Origin: Clostridia bacterium
GTDB lineage: Bacteria > Bacillota > Clostridia > Christensenellales > CAG-1252
Direction of reading: 5' to 3'
Assembly: GCA_017444385.1 (NCBI GenBank)
Contig: JAFSWQ010000013.1
Coordinates: 127,009 to 191,008, forward strand
Length of the DNA stretch: 64,000 bases
Numbering within the stretch: position 1 is the first letter of the stretch; every line of letters starts with the position of its first letter. The notes beneath the pieces are model-generated. The model searched no databases. It was not told the DNA's origin and saw only the letters and a program-made list of their open reading frames with translations. Shown one piece after another: positions 50,601 to 52,461 of this stretch. The position numbers were made by a program, and so were the translations under genes.

Positions 50601-51161
50601 GTTACCAGTCCTTACCTCAAAGAGATAGGCGAACACGCGTTCGACGGTTGCTTGGGTATCACCTCTATCGCTTCTTCGGGCGAAGACCTCGTTATCAAGG
50701 CTTACGCGTACGCTAACACGTCCATCGACTTCGTAGCGATACCCGACAACGTAGTCGAGATAGGTACGGGCGCGCTCGCAACCGCGAACGAAGTACAACT
50801 GCCTATCTTGAACAAGGCGCTCTCGATAGAAAACGGCGCGTTCAAGTCGAACGTCAAGATCTACTACGCCGCGTATAGAGCGGAAGAGGGTACGTTGAAC
50901 AACGCTTACGCGCAAGAAGCGGTCGCCGCTTATGCAGCCGAAAACGACGTGATAGAATACGCTCACTACGCTTGGTTGCACTTCGTATTCAGCGAAGACA
51001 GCACGTCGATAGTAGGTATCGCGAGCATTTGTCAGAACCATACGAGCAGCCACACCGGCGAGAACGTACTCGCGCCTCGCTACACGGACGGCGGTGTGAG
51101 AATAGTCGAGATAACCGACTTTGCGAACAACTGCGCGAGCATCAAGTTCGTAGACGAATAA
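20700..51161 (+). CDS. giant (10,153 aa) surface lipoprotein: six Ig-like ~100-aa modules followed by dozens of BspA-type leucine-rich-repeat (LRR_5-like) cassettes
   Basis: A single open frame of 30,462 nt. Lipobox signal MTKKHLNVLFICLICLTLVFAVTYLAAC. The consensus IP.SV..IG..AF..C..L..I is repeated throughout. No C-terminal sorting signal is present. Confidence 0.9.
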   Translation: MTKKHLNVLFICLICLTLVFAVTYLAACKKNVSVDIILNDVDETYSGEAVTFTGNTSDGKYFFDSSALDGSFSVAYFDKNGDPVDECVYAGEYTAQVTFAAKGYNTVTASCKITIHKKKPEVKRWPTVKNDENGEPYTVTFGEKLDNEMLEPTIAENVVFVVGVDNKAVRGTFSWADTAVSVATEKYDVIFTPRGSATDPSSDYNNYTTVSMKKDTDDCLRVRVLPATPELIEAPNMPTLKSGDSLQNAKLTSYTFGVYKDAERKNYTTVKGTLNWGYLTEEGGYVLYNGTSVAWPGVTVKDAANYIAIFIPNDKDNYKSFVSIPLTLNVLPTDPTFNTSFEIPAADTISYGKPLKESALRGLLGVGKGRSDQVYGTFVWEDPEEVPEVSGSFNALFIPDDTVEYSSNVVVKIKVDVTDAELRVQLPSASAVDYGDSLEHSIIDNDTLGAGVFYLYYDRDVQAYETIKVSGYFVWESPDLLPEDGEKLSTIDTYACDALFVLDDTSIAYRFNEEDFKVKIPVKVKKAALVDFPDFDPIEHVVFGTQLKDVALPAYTAKAYTTDEFGNPTADGEDVPGLLSWVDGDIYPGLDENGDNKYLAVFTPKSPDFSQYQSYNVEIIVRVDPANIDADNSIYPVVRSRVEAGSDLEDDNIDATEAKMYIRGLIDENGEHIAVSGTFVWTAQGPVTPDRQKYSVRFIPDNLNLVNTFDFELSVSIVSESSCFEFTYNESEMTAVITSLVSHTDCIGGHVNLRISETVKKDGEVYTVVGIGDNAFAYQRVIQTIELPSTVTYIGNGAFQGCDNLYEITIPEGVTYIGASAFQGCTALKSVDNLSGVIELVGDFAFANCLLLEELSLPNSVSYLGYGAFANCGSLKDLSIGNGNIKYYVRDGVVLEVGEDGNDILHTYLCTNSISSFRIPSSVTVIAPYAFAYNDNVLQEVISDTVITVGDRAFQNSSLKYLYILNDEISQDEDAWIAALSDIGHSITVYTKNESGNVATACARLGHECKQWTLSEDLNFNLNAQTNEVSLEGFREDLSDEAVDLYVDLVIPAYVNIDGVDYPVTSIGSFGGRNFRTAVVPETVKIIEENTFYNCTSLREIVLFDGVESIGKSAFFGTDLVNVYLPSSLKNIGSYAFQNNSNLEGVTFAGDCYLEKGVFSGCSSDLMVYGPDVVDDAYTDLHYYFETVATDISFNAFTPISCLRYTVSYVGTPYVIIQGVRNHVCQGHQNIILPSKIEGYPVKEIASGAFAGNKEIKTIGIPASVTTIGSNVFAGCASLVDITIDSANLRYSFQAIQDEENGTLLSGALFNRDGSVLISYLALSSAETYTVPASVKEIKDSAFEGAVNLKKVVLGASLETLGYDVFKGCTALTDVEMDGNLYYVYDEGIIYNSERSKIVYYLPTNDKERLIVPAGVVDIGARAFGGNTYLSSLIFKGDVDYIRENAFADCYNLYSVTAEGELGYVFDYAFANCGNLVSFYVEKDVAFLSEKTFENVPNVVVYSPDGSNLELYCENRFKFANCESANSFDVEVSGGSVTVTNLRIRSERSDNLRIVLPSYINGYRVISIGDNAFSEYGLRKVAKLASIYVPSTVLYIGERAFYDCTALSNIFFGGDIAVINNVCQVGKDAFKNLPDNVKITVKEGSNIEKYFKENYPAYFGVIYDSGICIETQALPGGGVAVTGLSAHICDKSHSRVAIPETVDKDGLSQRVVAIAAEAFKGSKLISINLPATVTAIEDSAFADCTRLTNVYMPSVISIGNYAFRNCSRLNTLAIAAGLDAVGEYAFAGCDNLATVYFKGDFSKDAHSTSNTTTLKNNAFVNLDDSALNVTVYAPSTRIVTKGTGELQAVPTYVYAYFTVNARQPYNFVEWRTDEENPNGYSIEIKSFNGIEGVYINGYNDSAFAEEDINTLLVIPAKYYDLTGKVYDVIGISDYAFDGNTARNSVANVKEIFVGENIYEIGKNAFSYMPNLRKISIAQSVYSIGDGAFFHCPKLTEIYFAGNVAEFGVNVVRNSSPELKVYGPSRGTIYDEFGKQTYNYVKYNTVSDPECFEYTYNEQEDYYTIIGLKSHYCALGHVSIVLPAYYKGSPVKVISASAFNDEEEIYSLKISSTIAKIYPGAFAGCSKLNAISVDDANEYYTFVDGVLTDKKTKSILYICLANTVSYDIPESIKVIKKGAFDGSVVQNLGLNAVVQTIESGALSGAKNLKSIAGLSHNTSFYFDGRALYGKKADSVSTLLLYIFNSSMPSYTVPASVDYVAEGAFENALNLRQITFLADAEFADNVFVGVSDELTVYGNSSCYNVQYTCIRENVLYHRTLTDDSFDVVPTEDGTLQVNGFAVTATITESVVYLPAYINDVLVTNIAANAFTGYVEGLVGMVLPDSILVIGERAFYATNMSSISVGAGVAVLGNEAFESVSLREIFFRGDISLYQGFLADHTTEENQKVEVYYSSEYSDLAAYFTDEYLASVAPFVKVRDVSAYTDDMLRATCFEFVLEGGVYKIAGLKTHACSFNHADLVIPDFYYVQNADGDFVLQEDGYAKQRLTEIADGAFAHNKDIYRLTLPASISVIGTGAISDCENLTEIIPAEGSVFVFDRLYSTLRVRDYSELYSEGAEFDTLTLVAELDYKVVEFERVINENAIETIGLRLPRDIFKGLSAGNHTLTMYDATGRSIGVFVVNTIRNTVLYNDYNEAIEFYDNFAILTHSYAQFDFRAIKKVVLSAKVDFETTDKGFKISAALLGAVKKGSHSLIAAYDLNGEEGELALTLNYKQDEWYLLGDEDEQVVTYKEGVLYKFIKKASVWADEQISVLDSLVVYVSVNQDNSFEIPDTVTKVEDGAFYGVKALTDVTIGEKVAEIGANVFAKSVNITAFYVHENNEYFFTDKFNALYRYNTGKETATFIAYPPARSGQNHWLGVDVPVTEIAGGAYVSAKWLTSVYVESYVEAVEDKGITLFEGANSLNAEYGLNVYMPIRGDNTPDGFVKSETALETYVSALKAEGTNVNLILHTHKECFIYDDTGRTIVGVKDHDCNCDHSNLVIPIFAYGKEVTALGEYAFRGDAELNTVEFLNKNSSFELKPAAFADCDNLASVKIPASTGYVFDSGMIFKDDTLYAVLSSVDYLEIRLEDTFATIAVNYDVDNGAGDIETDEEPELDNDESSDTVGVAIDTIYSQGKDVKIAYVYNVKSVEQGAFFGNDNVKIIGLSASVSSIGDGAFSYCTSLKSLEISNENLNYYFEDGVLLNYTKSILHTVLYNYAVDMTDSLYGVDNGSSVRTENVVEIRPRAMEGVNIARIKLPLSLDIIGDRAFAEMPYLTHIYFESEVKDISLDADILGLTYFTEEEQAAFGERKITAFGPCGNDPESKSSLEDKYSIIHRYFINKYFGELPEESVMLEDFEWYTSNISLSAVYKPWTSYTKFDYDLVKAKDENDENTAYIVGYNVPKGASTLDAGSDEIVLPMYTEVADEEGNVEKYRIVGIKENALGYHTEIMSMTILYNVVTVEDGFMKGSSNVEELIVMDNDTYVVRRGDSINGVMFTKDYKKLVVYLPTSDLGTYEIPQGVVEVARAAFAFSKNLTTVVIPRTVEYIGSAAFSTCLNLTNFTSNSPYYSFSYSALYGNNGTLLHTYLASGRGTSGMNGVYVIPEIVTEINEYAFEGNKWLSSIRIPEYPTDDGLTSVNYIGKNAFANMNSLKEIFFEGYTDVNKAKEISPDDVLSFDLASGEGEEAINIKVEIRDARTSFAYAEDFDIGELIFTVISDEGETQVFDKQFGDDNYYEYTTVGTMNVLGDDGAMTMKEVDYNKWIEGEYPVFVTLVYDGATYEFTYNVKVEPITDVFGGTVVNKVITVYSPADSLLYHQVYDKANVNYVAYTPKTALEYSVSSGGAISSYVIVEGFSKDAASVLGKEDYRNGEMTTVGDIATLIIPSYIENKKVTEIAKNAFYSTDEAIEKARAIIPDETEFNLETVELYVSALNNVELYALDARKAILNSAIVNFTSLDNLVTIGEGAFENADRLENITLSKTVLDIGAGAFTYAYAVKTVNIDANNNSYMMEGAVLYESKGKVLHTAFNSLFEEFFFETELPVATIKARAFEGVDALSYLTVPVTISGAEDAIGERAFKNMTNLEEIYITKNFALPDNAFDGCMVGFVIYSPKGDALKAYCNKHKYLYVEWNPKECFEIEYVNSTSVAIVGLSGHADCDSSHTDIVIPMYVDSYKVTQIGNGKPVFSTMTESVNSVTIPTSVKTIKANAFNGCIGLTYMYIPYSVEEIGDNAFTACTSMTEMVFIDDVATFGSNVFNSVSANLIVYYAPTRTKGSGKVVKYCAEAGISVNAGTPSTCFNVSEVIMDGITGYRIDSLKTHKCGFTHKTVVVPDYIKGKKVLRFADGAFKNVNELTSISVPKYVQNVGIGTFNGCKNLAQVTVDGGNENIVFESGAFYTKDRKTLLLCVSSVAGEEIVFLESTYRVASGAFEGATVASITLNASLFSIDNGAFASCSNLTTINVPDGATYFASVDGVLYNSAKSRLVVYPSGRTAVSFTVPDGVIVIAPYAFAGAKNLESVTIDAEIKTISSNAFADCSSLYDIQVLGDLQAIGSDAFVGTKEGLLVTSIYNGNALEYYCIENDHNFRKSNPLSYFKTSTENMPVGEVAITGWNDVASMNDVTDVVIPMYVDGLKVTVIAANAFRYNHVIRTLVVPDTVTSIGVASFAGAENLRSVLFGKNVADIHVNAFNQCTELNSMYFMSESVTIYNNAFKGMDIPNAEVYVDALSRGYERVADIPVYSSLRSLGFTVDDIKYSSCFTYSAVNGDGLIVTGLKDHVCPVNHNNVEIPDVIVSSNGSIRYVIAIQQNAFADNESLVRIVVPEGITDIGDGAFSGCTNLHEIVLENNKFYTFENGALYNSKKTVLHTYLASNSALTLTIPSTVLKLNDSAFKNAVNLTSITFNKDVQVGEHVFDGLSRNVIIFGPEKDGDYYTNLYVAFVEEYLDYTSKVTDGDKVTEYVLAITNTKSVYTSKTFQDPKSDYNDFKYVIQDDDTLKIIAYTPAEKPKKIIIPQYIIDRKVTAIATEAFKGQDRADTIILPDGLVTIESMAFADCSSLERIVFPSSVQNIGDDAFNGCTGLYEAYFVSDIALLGENVFANTYADDGYTISVFGTKYSYLESCFDASLYNNATSFNCFEYEFLTNDSVIITGLKDHNCNGNHDNVIIPNTIGGARVEKLASGLLRNNSTVTSIKLPEYLVAINEHAFDGCNNLQSIYIPSSVTSIGSYAFYNCVALEGVVLPNITEIGKYAFANCHTLTTFILPETVKSLVSAEGLFKNCYNLTQIRLPKTLKELPDSFFENTTSLTSILYFNVVHVNGLPPEIRSLGAKCFANSKYPEVGSMSLNSLPLTSLGDKCFADTGLPDFDISDIVSLGRGVFSNCHSLQLSGENEEYLYDETDHILYEKVKTPPVAASMEEAQSLVQEIPAYDSMMPETTLVQVNGSNVYMVSLGGTDLYKHRDGDSVYKERFNIAMVTSSARVTFISGTYVSEAMPVDHVIVTNKTDYNNYAFYINPDRLNSLPAGIFTMKVSYDYTCEVDRDDGWTWLLGRDKPTYSEFVNIDESKTIVKGEITSARITYVPGSADAEEGGGEGGEGGEGGGEGESEAETPQTEEYIFTKKEGEPRFEEYFSINDKTGYVTMIKTLEDLEITGISEFTLTFSTTAGGPYEVVFKYDSDVRVITVKVAIHTVPASTSAETINPSSSFNFYRDGNDYYYNNIKVDMKDGVVYNNELYNAIKLLNEEDIYVVDGVSAIRSFAFEGCSEISRLVVSSSIKTIEEGAFINVTNLSEVGISGNNKFYILNLDHNDPQYAYAGGAILQRNVDANGEPVNDVNGKPAYTLVSYLATNTAEEFTVPTSIVNYDTGVVTPIHITSIGNYAFAYNEVIKVVNLTDVERIGDYAFANCKNIKYVNVPSGCYYIGEHAFDGCSLTSIYFEDGIAGGLKAEDIERQVLVSLIAGSSYRKIENPTAGILAEYEVTATYNDLVLKDSAGQIQTYSVDEQVKFRTGNFNLLKYKVTVYDTESVNDRIKVRYYSYASNDFTEGAVSLNFFAQYNSDGSITITSDGVTVATLGENDAAYTNPNYEEMNVKVEIVDEGGATYYLLVCYNDDKSYTLTEDNGHTSFSGGIGAEAFGDNVSVMIYSSLKDGEFNVLSNYADKYILNEENVPITYNTVSPITLFSYEIINGNQIRIKGLKKSGIKDLVIPSTVDGMPVTSILSLAFSGNTDLVNVTIPSTVTSIGNNAFYGCTSLRQVYVEGIVTDLGLNIFKGCDYNNLEVYGIISTELDNYCQQEGISFNVGTYWGCFKIYVNGDNEATIAGLVDHHCNTSHRYITIPSEINGMRVVGIHRDAFKGSDVVSVNISVKIPKSGGVDVGTYLIDEGAFANCASLKSIYLLDDGYKVEFAEGAIDNYGAGLTVYATGDGNLVNTDAELLRDAYISAITISDVFVVSDVTGGYKVIGLTSEGLEMGKIRMPDTIKGKNVVAIGNLAFMGDVNLTTMILGKYVTSIGEHAFEECTNLTYVFMPDSLTEIKRSAFADCTSLRSIMLGENVESVGDYAFSGCSALKEFRISNPDCKLGEKIFDGIKGNIDFVEVPSSASKLYTYFRNNYSTKAKYIENLSTAVKYRECFTYEVVLDDDTYGDYIIITGLKTHSGCAVGNHKNVIIPAYIGGLPVKMIQRRAFAGNTVIQSVIAEVGEGLILYEGVFQNCVNLGSADLGKVQQIYMYAFKGCGNLASVSLSLMSNTVLGKADDADDQRIAEVFEGCTNLKEIVIDDSYVSASRVRYYSKNGAVYDKKNTLLLCYDLSTDTFAPDNAVAIANGAFTGCGKIRTLVLPASVTVFNTSVLFDNEGNLILTNLSKLYVNADRMQIIGADKLANVEVYYPIDCEPVTDSPLVSTFEYIPQRYFDFNLRVEDLTDGYVYVLNGVNYVYSQAVSAWVESTGNYSVLLADAYFKNNYNVFTKLGEDNVYYVYANGEFTSVSITSDMISETQKMYTIYPIANINKLIEVNVVNGLVYYKSDLLSSRNQYNDVYVKYSAIIRNGDRDLVSVVYVNRGNGLAYSFDESTASFVKVNGDAYLLHNALLLESDSFQYYIRTEDNALISANAEGLGLIYDVYANGEYYYLNENNDFVLATVIADVVYDNGEAVSVMGVPVRPQDLYLRKFAHVKSGVERNVYAYVKLSDNSVYLYEAKGAATLLTEEYDLYEIKSVLTGQTQGAIVSVKNVNDTDWNKSVYSDDVKIPDFAYINGVSYPVVEIGLRGFKDSKATKITVSGNIATVGDHAFENSSKLQTVEFKNSVTTLGDNVFAGCNALKTVNIGENINSIDGNMFTERAYVLDNDGNINAATDLTVIVAVNNQTFENDSSDYMIRSKDGSVLYAYYGIGGENGADKGTVIIPEGVSVIKTGAFRYATFKQGTSTNNITTIILPTTLREVEIGAFDNMPALTKVIFRSAVKALEYDDEEEESVFKTTAENFTVYGIEDSLVEEYCDDHDYAFRAYVSEDTFVAEAFKKNGNWYARILSVNPEKIKRNLFLPDKLTVTYDKDGVYTTEELRVLEISSAVFYGLSSIERVIIPATLTDIGNNAFAELRNLKEVIVLGENELSIKNTAFAYSEKLTGFYVEEYKTIVFGKNVFKGSNSNLVVYCVSDAADKMRNLGEDVVTSVVDKASAFTVSNINDNVTSIVGFQNGAIMAGSVVDGDMAIPTYIGGAKVVKIAITGTENGLNKQIDSISIPSSVTEIAANSFKNSKINEIVIPASVTKIGDNAFFTNYLTAEIKNELNVYLERDIELGEHAFAAQSTIGGKVTKGTVNFYVPKNVPNVSAYAESLKAEGYTVNMNYYTETSCFEYSVVNGLEVSIDGLTEEGKWLTKIVVPRYIDGKKVTAIGDGAFAHNVALLKLSLPEDLTAIGDYVFVGTFMDVNEEVISASVETGLLDVGDYAGSIDKYQEVVFRGNSRFQLKVDDNNARYITNKYMQGSGDAEYLYAVLASSTAENFEISSNIEYVAAGAFAGSNIKTFSGDVDNGHGYQIVSYRRVAGQPIYTMLVHNDVELVAVLSDAYDNANPTQLTLPTGITTILPYAMYGYQNIRVTTLQLGGSLTDIGEGAFENAKYITTFAIDPQSAIYTIRSRTFYGCESMATMPLINALKTIGADAFAQSGLTDISNLPELLFVISDGAFRGCDKLVEIEIPDNVTTIGAYAFADCSALTTVTIPDGVIKLGEGAFSGTSITSVILPKGINEIPDYLFYGASGLESVTVYGDVSRIGDYAFAGTEKLTSIPSNIGVSVAKLGVGAFRGSGIRSITLGNRVTEIPESCFEDCVYLTNVDLPSSIRVIGDYAFRNCNGRRDIEGLDVVYVVDNKKSEITLTDGEGYEDTAVITTSKSKFTYVVVDGYRIRVVGGKITVNDRTVAASSTTVDGVTVVTSRYNGLTIVYSAGVLRVSGGKTVNLSNGITEVQFGINVYELGAEAFANCALKSVLIADGIEIVGENCFKSNSQMESAEIGSSLRILGQGAFSGATSLTIINVSSRNNKFTNMDDGILFERETNSDGVYTGNVILKVYPAGLIPSGTDRMYTLPANTVSIDANAFEYSSLITVNVPASVKRIGDNAFAGATDLVNVFFDGDLDISEDQDIFANIAVKSFADDNGEFVKVEDEYLLPVKAFVRDAEGGFVKTDDGFVPYEEGEATRYSYATFVKYYAGEYVLTDNEMILDGEGEERYTMLTGEEQRYTITNLIIDCAYNSNIYNYCVNQGYTCLPFGDDVSSVTVAGIICVQHTAKTCFDIEDGEYITIKGLSGNCECADHSTLVMPTFINGKEVRTISDFAFANAGVTTFALGRYVNYIGTGFLYGNKIERLYVVSIPNVEFDPVLSPNKYSANTVFTVTENDEEGYAYMSGNVGGDQTILVYASSSTAAEFVIPEKIKVIGYGAFANNDYLKNVIIHDEIRAISDYAFANDKALVGSPSDENGKRSGFYLGKRVEKIGVGAFENDDKLLAVFGYDLEEIEYRAFAGCTSLNEIAWVVETEEGYDYVYSMGKYVFDYDNSLLYEKTGENWNLHTFLSSSALCVNGAAVLPERFGETVIGGICDYAFYGSSSKILYVVVPYNPERKSVSVGRYAFYNTSIEEIHFEGDVYAMYSDEEVFDADVKVYLPFKSPITANMKKFGVKYKEVSSRDDLTYQTNNIANTVIITGFNTSVQLKSTALVVPYYVKGLKVDGITDGFAGSPLLTSVELFDNIGELPEGAFAGCENLVSADISKILVDAIPDRLFKDSVSLASVKLSPYVLDIGVMAFKGTALTEMPAVRNLENIAAGAFMDTNIDSLSLPNTLLTIGDFAFMNIGEIEELNLPSSLVEIGKNAFSGNATLLYVCFQTDVETIAGFYWDEDAGELKAREDGDLEAIVDYDEDIIVKVPSNAITVVNYFKALGYHDAADVLIDDTLIQNLFLYTPASCFEYEDYEDGLKIVGMKSDESHVIGECEYCKNAIYFPDQINGKPIYAVGSDFHTSVSDDVAFIEFNTDLKFIEDDAFRGMTSLANVVFGTRGLSYLMSIGKRAFMGTSLTSLTTPSHVLVKIDDFAFAGVQLTSVNINSVVVIGEYAFANVEIDGENNVTAEFAGVLNSLSVYFDSNGEIRTGAFMNNLSLTTMYLNNGITRIGDKAFMNCNLSALKSTNLGMDIEYIGDLAFANTKISFVPDQVEYVGKFAFARGYADGNAVFDGVVTLKSVTLKKVVSIDVGAFAGTSLEYLNLPDTLTYLAAPDYNGDVEILGAIENTPSLKYVTVDSNDNYKVVKGAIFHIDGERATLIGYPRDFANADAKYLKSFKTYRDEPYLIINSGVAVSAADGIDIGVRAFAYTQIDSVMLSSSYYTIGRNAFYNCKELDYVFLTNSSVETIGDYAFYGCTELVDCHETGDHELNYQCAKNKENYGVCNGYSAFVTSPYLKEIGEHAFDGCLGITSIASSGEDLVIKAYAYANTSIDFVAIPDNVVEIGTGALATANEVQLPILNKALSIENGAFKSNVKIYYAAYRAEEGTLNNAYAQEAVAAYAAENDVIEYAHYAWLHFVFSEDSTSIVGIASICQNHTSSHTGENVLAPRYTDGGVRIVEITDFANNCASIKFVDE

Positions 51162-51167
51162 TAAGAA

Positions 51168-51194
51168 GCGTAGCGAAGTTTCCCTTCGCTACGC
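51168..51194 (+). other. perfect 11-bp-stem hairpin after the giant gene stop (no U-tract)
   Basis: GCGTAGCGAAG-tttcc-CTTCGCTACGC, followed by AAAATG rather than a T run. Confidence 0.6.
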
Positions 51195-51206
51195 AAAATG
51201 TCGCTA

Positions 51207-51235
51207 TTGACAAATATAACGACTTATAATAAAAT
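51207..51235 (+). promoter_or_regulatory. sigma-70-type promoter of the pilus operon
   Basis: TTGACA (51207-51212), 17-nt spacer, TAAAAT (51230-51235). The AAAGGAG SD precedes ATG 51273. Confidence 0.6.
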
Positions 51236-51272
51236 AAAGTATTGAACGTAAATCGTTCAAAAGGAGAATTTT

Positions 51273-52448
51273 ATGCAAAAATATTCCTACGTTGCATTGA
51301 CCCCCGAGGGTAAGACCATCAAGGGTACGATGATAGCGCAGAGCGACGAAGAGATCAAACAGCTCGTTACCAAAAACGGTAACTACTGTTTGTCTTACAC
51401 TCGTTTGAAGGACGATTCGGTCTCGGCGAAAGCCCTGCCGCTTAAAGACCTCGTAAACCTGTGTAGCCAGCTTTCGTCCATTTTGCACGCAGGCGTTCCT
51501 CTGTCGTCCGCTCTCGAAATGCTTATTTCGAAGATGGAAATGGGCAACGTCAAAAACGTTATGACCAACGTTTACGAACAGGTGCAAAAGGGTACCGCGC
51601 TATCCGACGCGTTGCAAAAACAGGGCAAGGCGTTCCCCGGAATTATGCTCAATATGGTCAAAGCGGGCGAACAAACGGGCGACCTTGACAAAGCGCTTTC
51701 GAAATTGTCCCAACAATTCGACAAGAGTTTGAAACTCAAACACCAAATCAAGAGCGCGATGCGTTATCCTAAAATTTTGGGACTTATTACGCTTTTGGTC
51801 GTTATCATCTTGGTCGTCGGCGTTTTGCCGAATATGGTCCAAGGTAAGGATAACGTCCCCGCCGCCACCGCCTTTTTGCTTGGTTTGGGCGACTTCGTAA
51901 AGAACAATTGGCCCTTCCTCTTGCTTGCGTTTCTTGTGCTTAAATTCACGATCCCTATGATCAAGGAAATACCCAAGGTAAGATACGCGCTCGACTCGAT
52001 GAAGGTAAAACTGCCCAAGGTAGGAAAACTCGTGCGTATGACTTATACGGCTACTTTCGCGAGAACTCTCGCCACCTTGTACGACGGAGGTATTCAACTT
52101 ATCGACGCTATACAAATGGCGACCGCGACCGTAGGCAACGTTTATATCTCGCAGCAAATGGACGAGGCGATTTTTAAGATCAAGAAGGGCGATCCCATGA
52201 GTAAATCCATAGGCGCCGCGGGTTGCTTCGACCCGTTGCTTACGAGTATGTTGTTCGTCGGTGAAGAATCGGGCGTATTGAGCGACGTTTTGAACAGGGT
52301 CGCCGAATACTTCGACGAAGAGGCGAACACCGCCGTAAAAGGTTTGACCGCGATGATAGAACCCGCGATGATGGTCGTAATGGCGGGCGTTATCGGCGTA
52401 GTATTGCTTGCGGTCGTACAACCTATGTTCCAATTCGACGTAACTTGA
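51273..52448 (+). CDS. pilC: type IV pilus / type II secretion platform protein (GspF/PilC family)
   Basis: Two T2SSF-like halves, for example VYEQVQKGTALSDALQKQGKAFPGIMLNMVKAGEQTGDLDKAL and IKKGDPMSKSIGAAGCFDPLLTSMLFVGEESGVLSDVL. Three TM segments. Confidence 0.85.
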   Translation: MQKYSYVALTPEGKTIKGTMIAQSDEEIKQLVTKNGNYCLSYTRLKDDSVSAKALPLKDLVNLCSQLSSILHAGVPLSSALEMLISKMEMGNVKNVMTNVYEQVQKGTALSDALQKQGKAFPGIMLNMVKAGEQTGDLDKALSKLSQQFDKSLKLKHQIKSAMRYPKILGLITLLVVIILVVGVLPNMVQGKDNVPAATAFLLGLGDFVKNNWPFLLLAFLVLKFTIPMIKEIPKVRYALDSMKVKLPKVGKLVRMTYTATFARTLATLYDGGIQLIDAIQMATATVGNVYISQQMDEAIFKIKKGDPMSKSIGAAGCFDPLLTSMLFVGEESGVLSDVLNRVAEYFDEEANTAVKGLTAMIEPAMMVVMAGVIGVVLLAVVQPMFQFDVT

Positions 52449-52461
52449 TAGAGGTGAGATT

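Noticed and set aside
24534-51053. Many very long minus-strand ORFs inside the giant gene (for example 32052-34754 at 900 aa, 43605-45281 at 558 aa, 41208-42659 at 483 aa, 26919-28361 at 480 aa and 24534-25826 at 430 aa).
   Set aside because: All lie in the codon-aligned antisense frame of the + strand ORF, where stops arise only from rare sense TTA, CTA or TCA codons. Their sequences are R/V/D/G/E-rich mirror images of the LRR consensus (..ERAFANxxVAYR..), with no SD, signal or motif of their own. They are shadow ORFs.
18663-51161. PPTase plus ACP next to a 30-kb gene suggested an NRPS/PKS megasynthase.
   Set aside because: The giant protein has no KS, AT, KR, condensation, adenylation or thioesterase motifs and no internal carrier-domain DSL/GGxS sites in a megasynthase pattern. 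It is LRR throughout. A strong terminator (20442-20466) and a separate promoter also split ACP from it.
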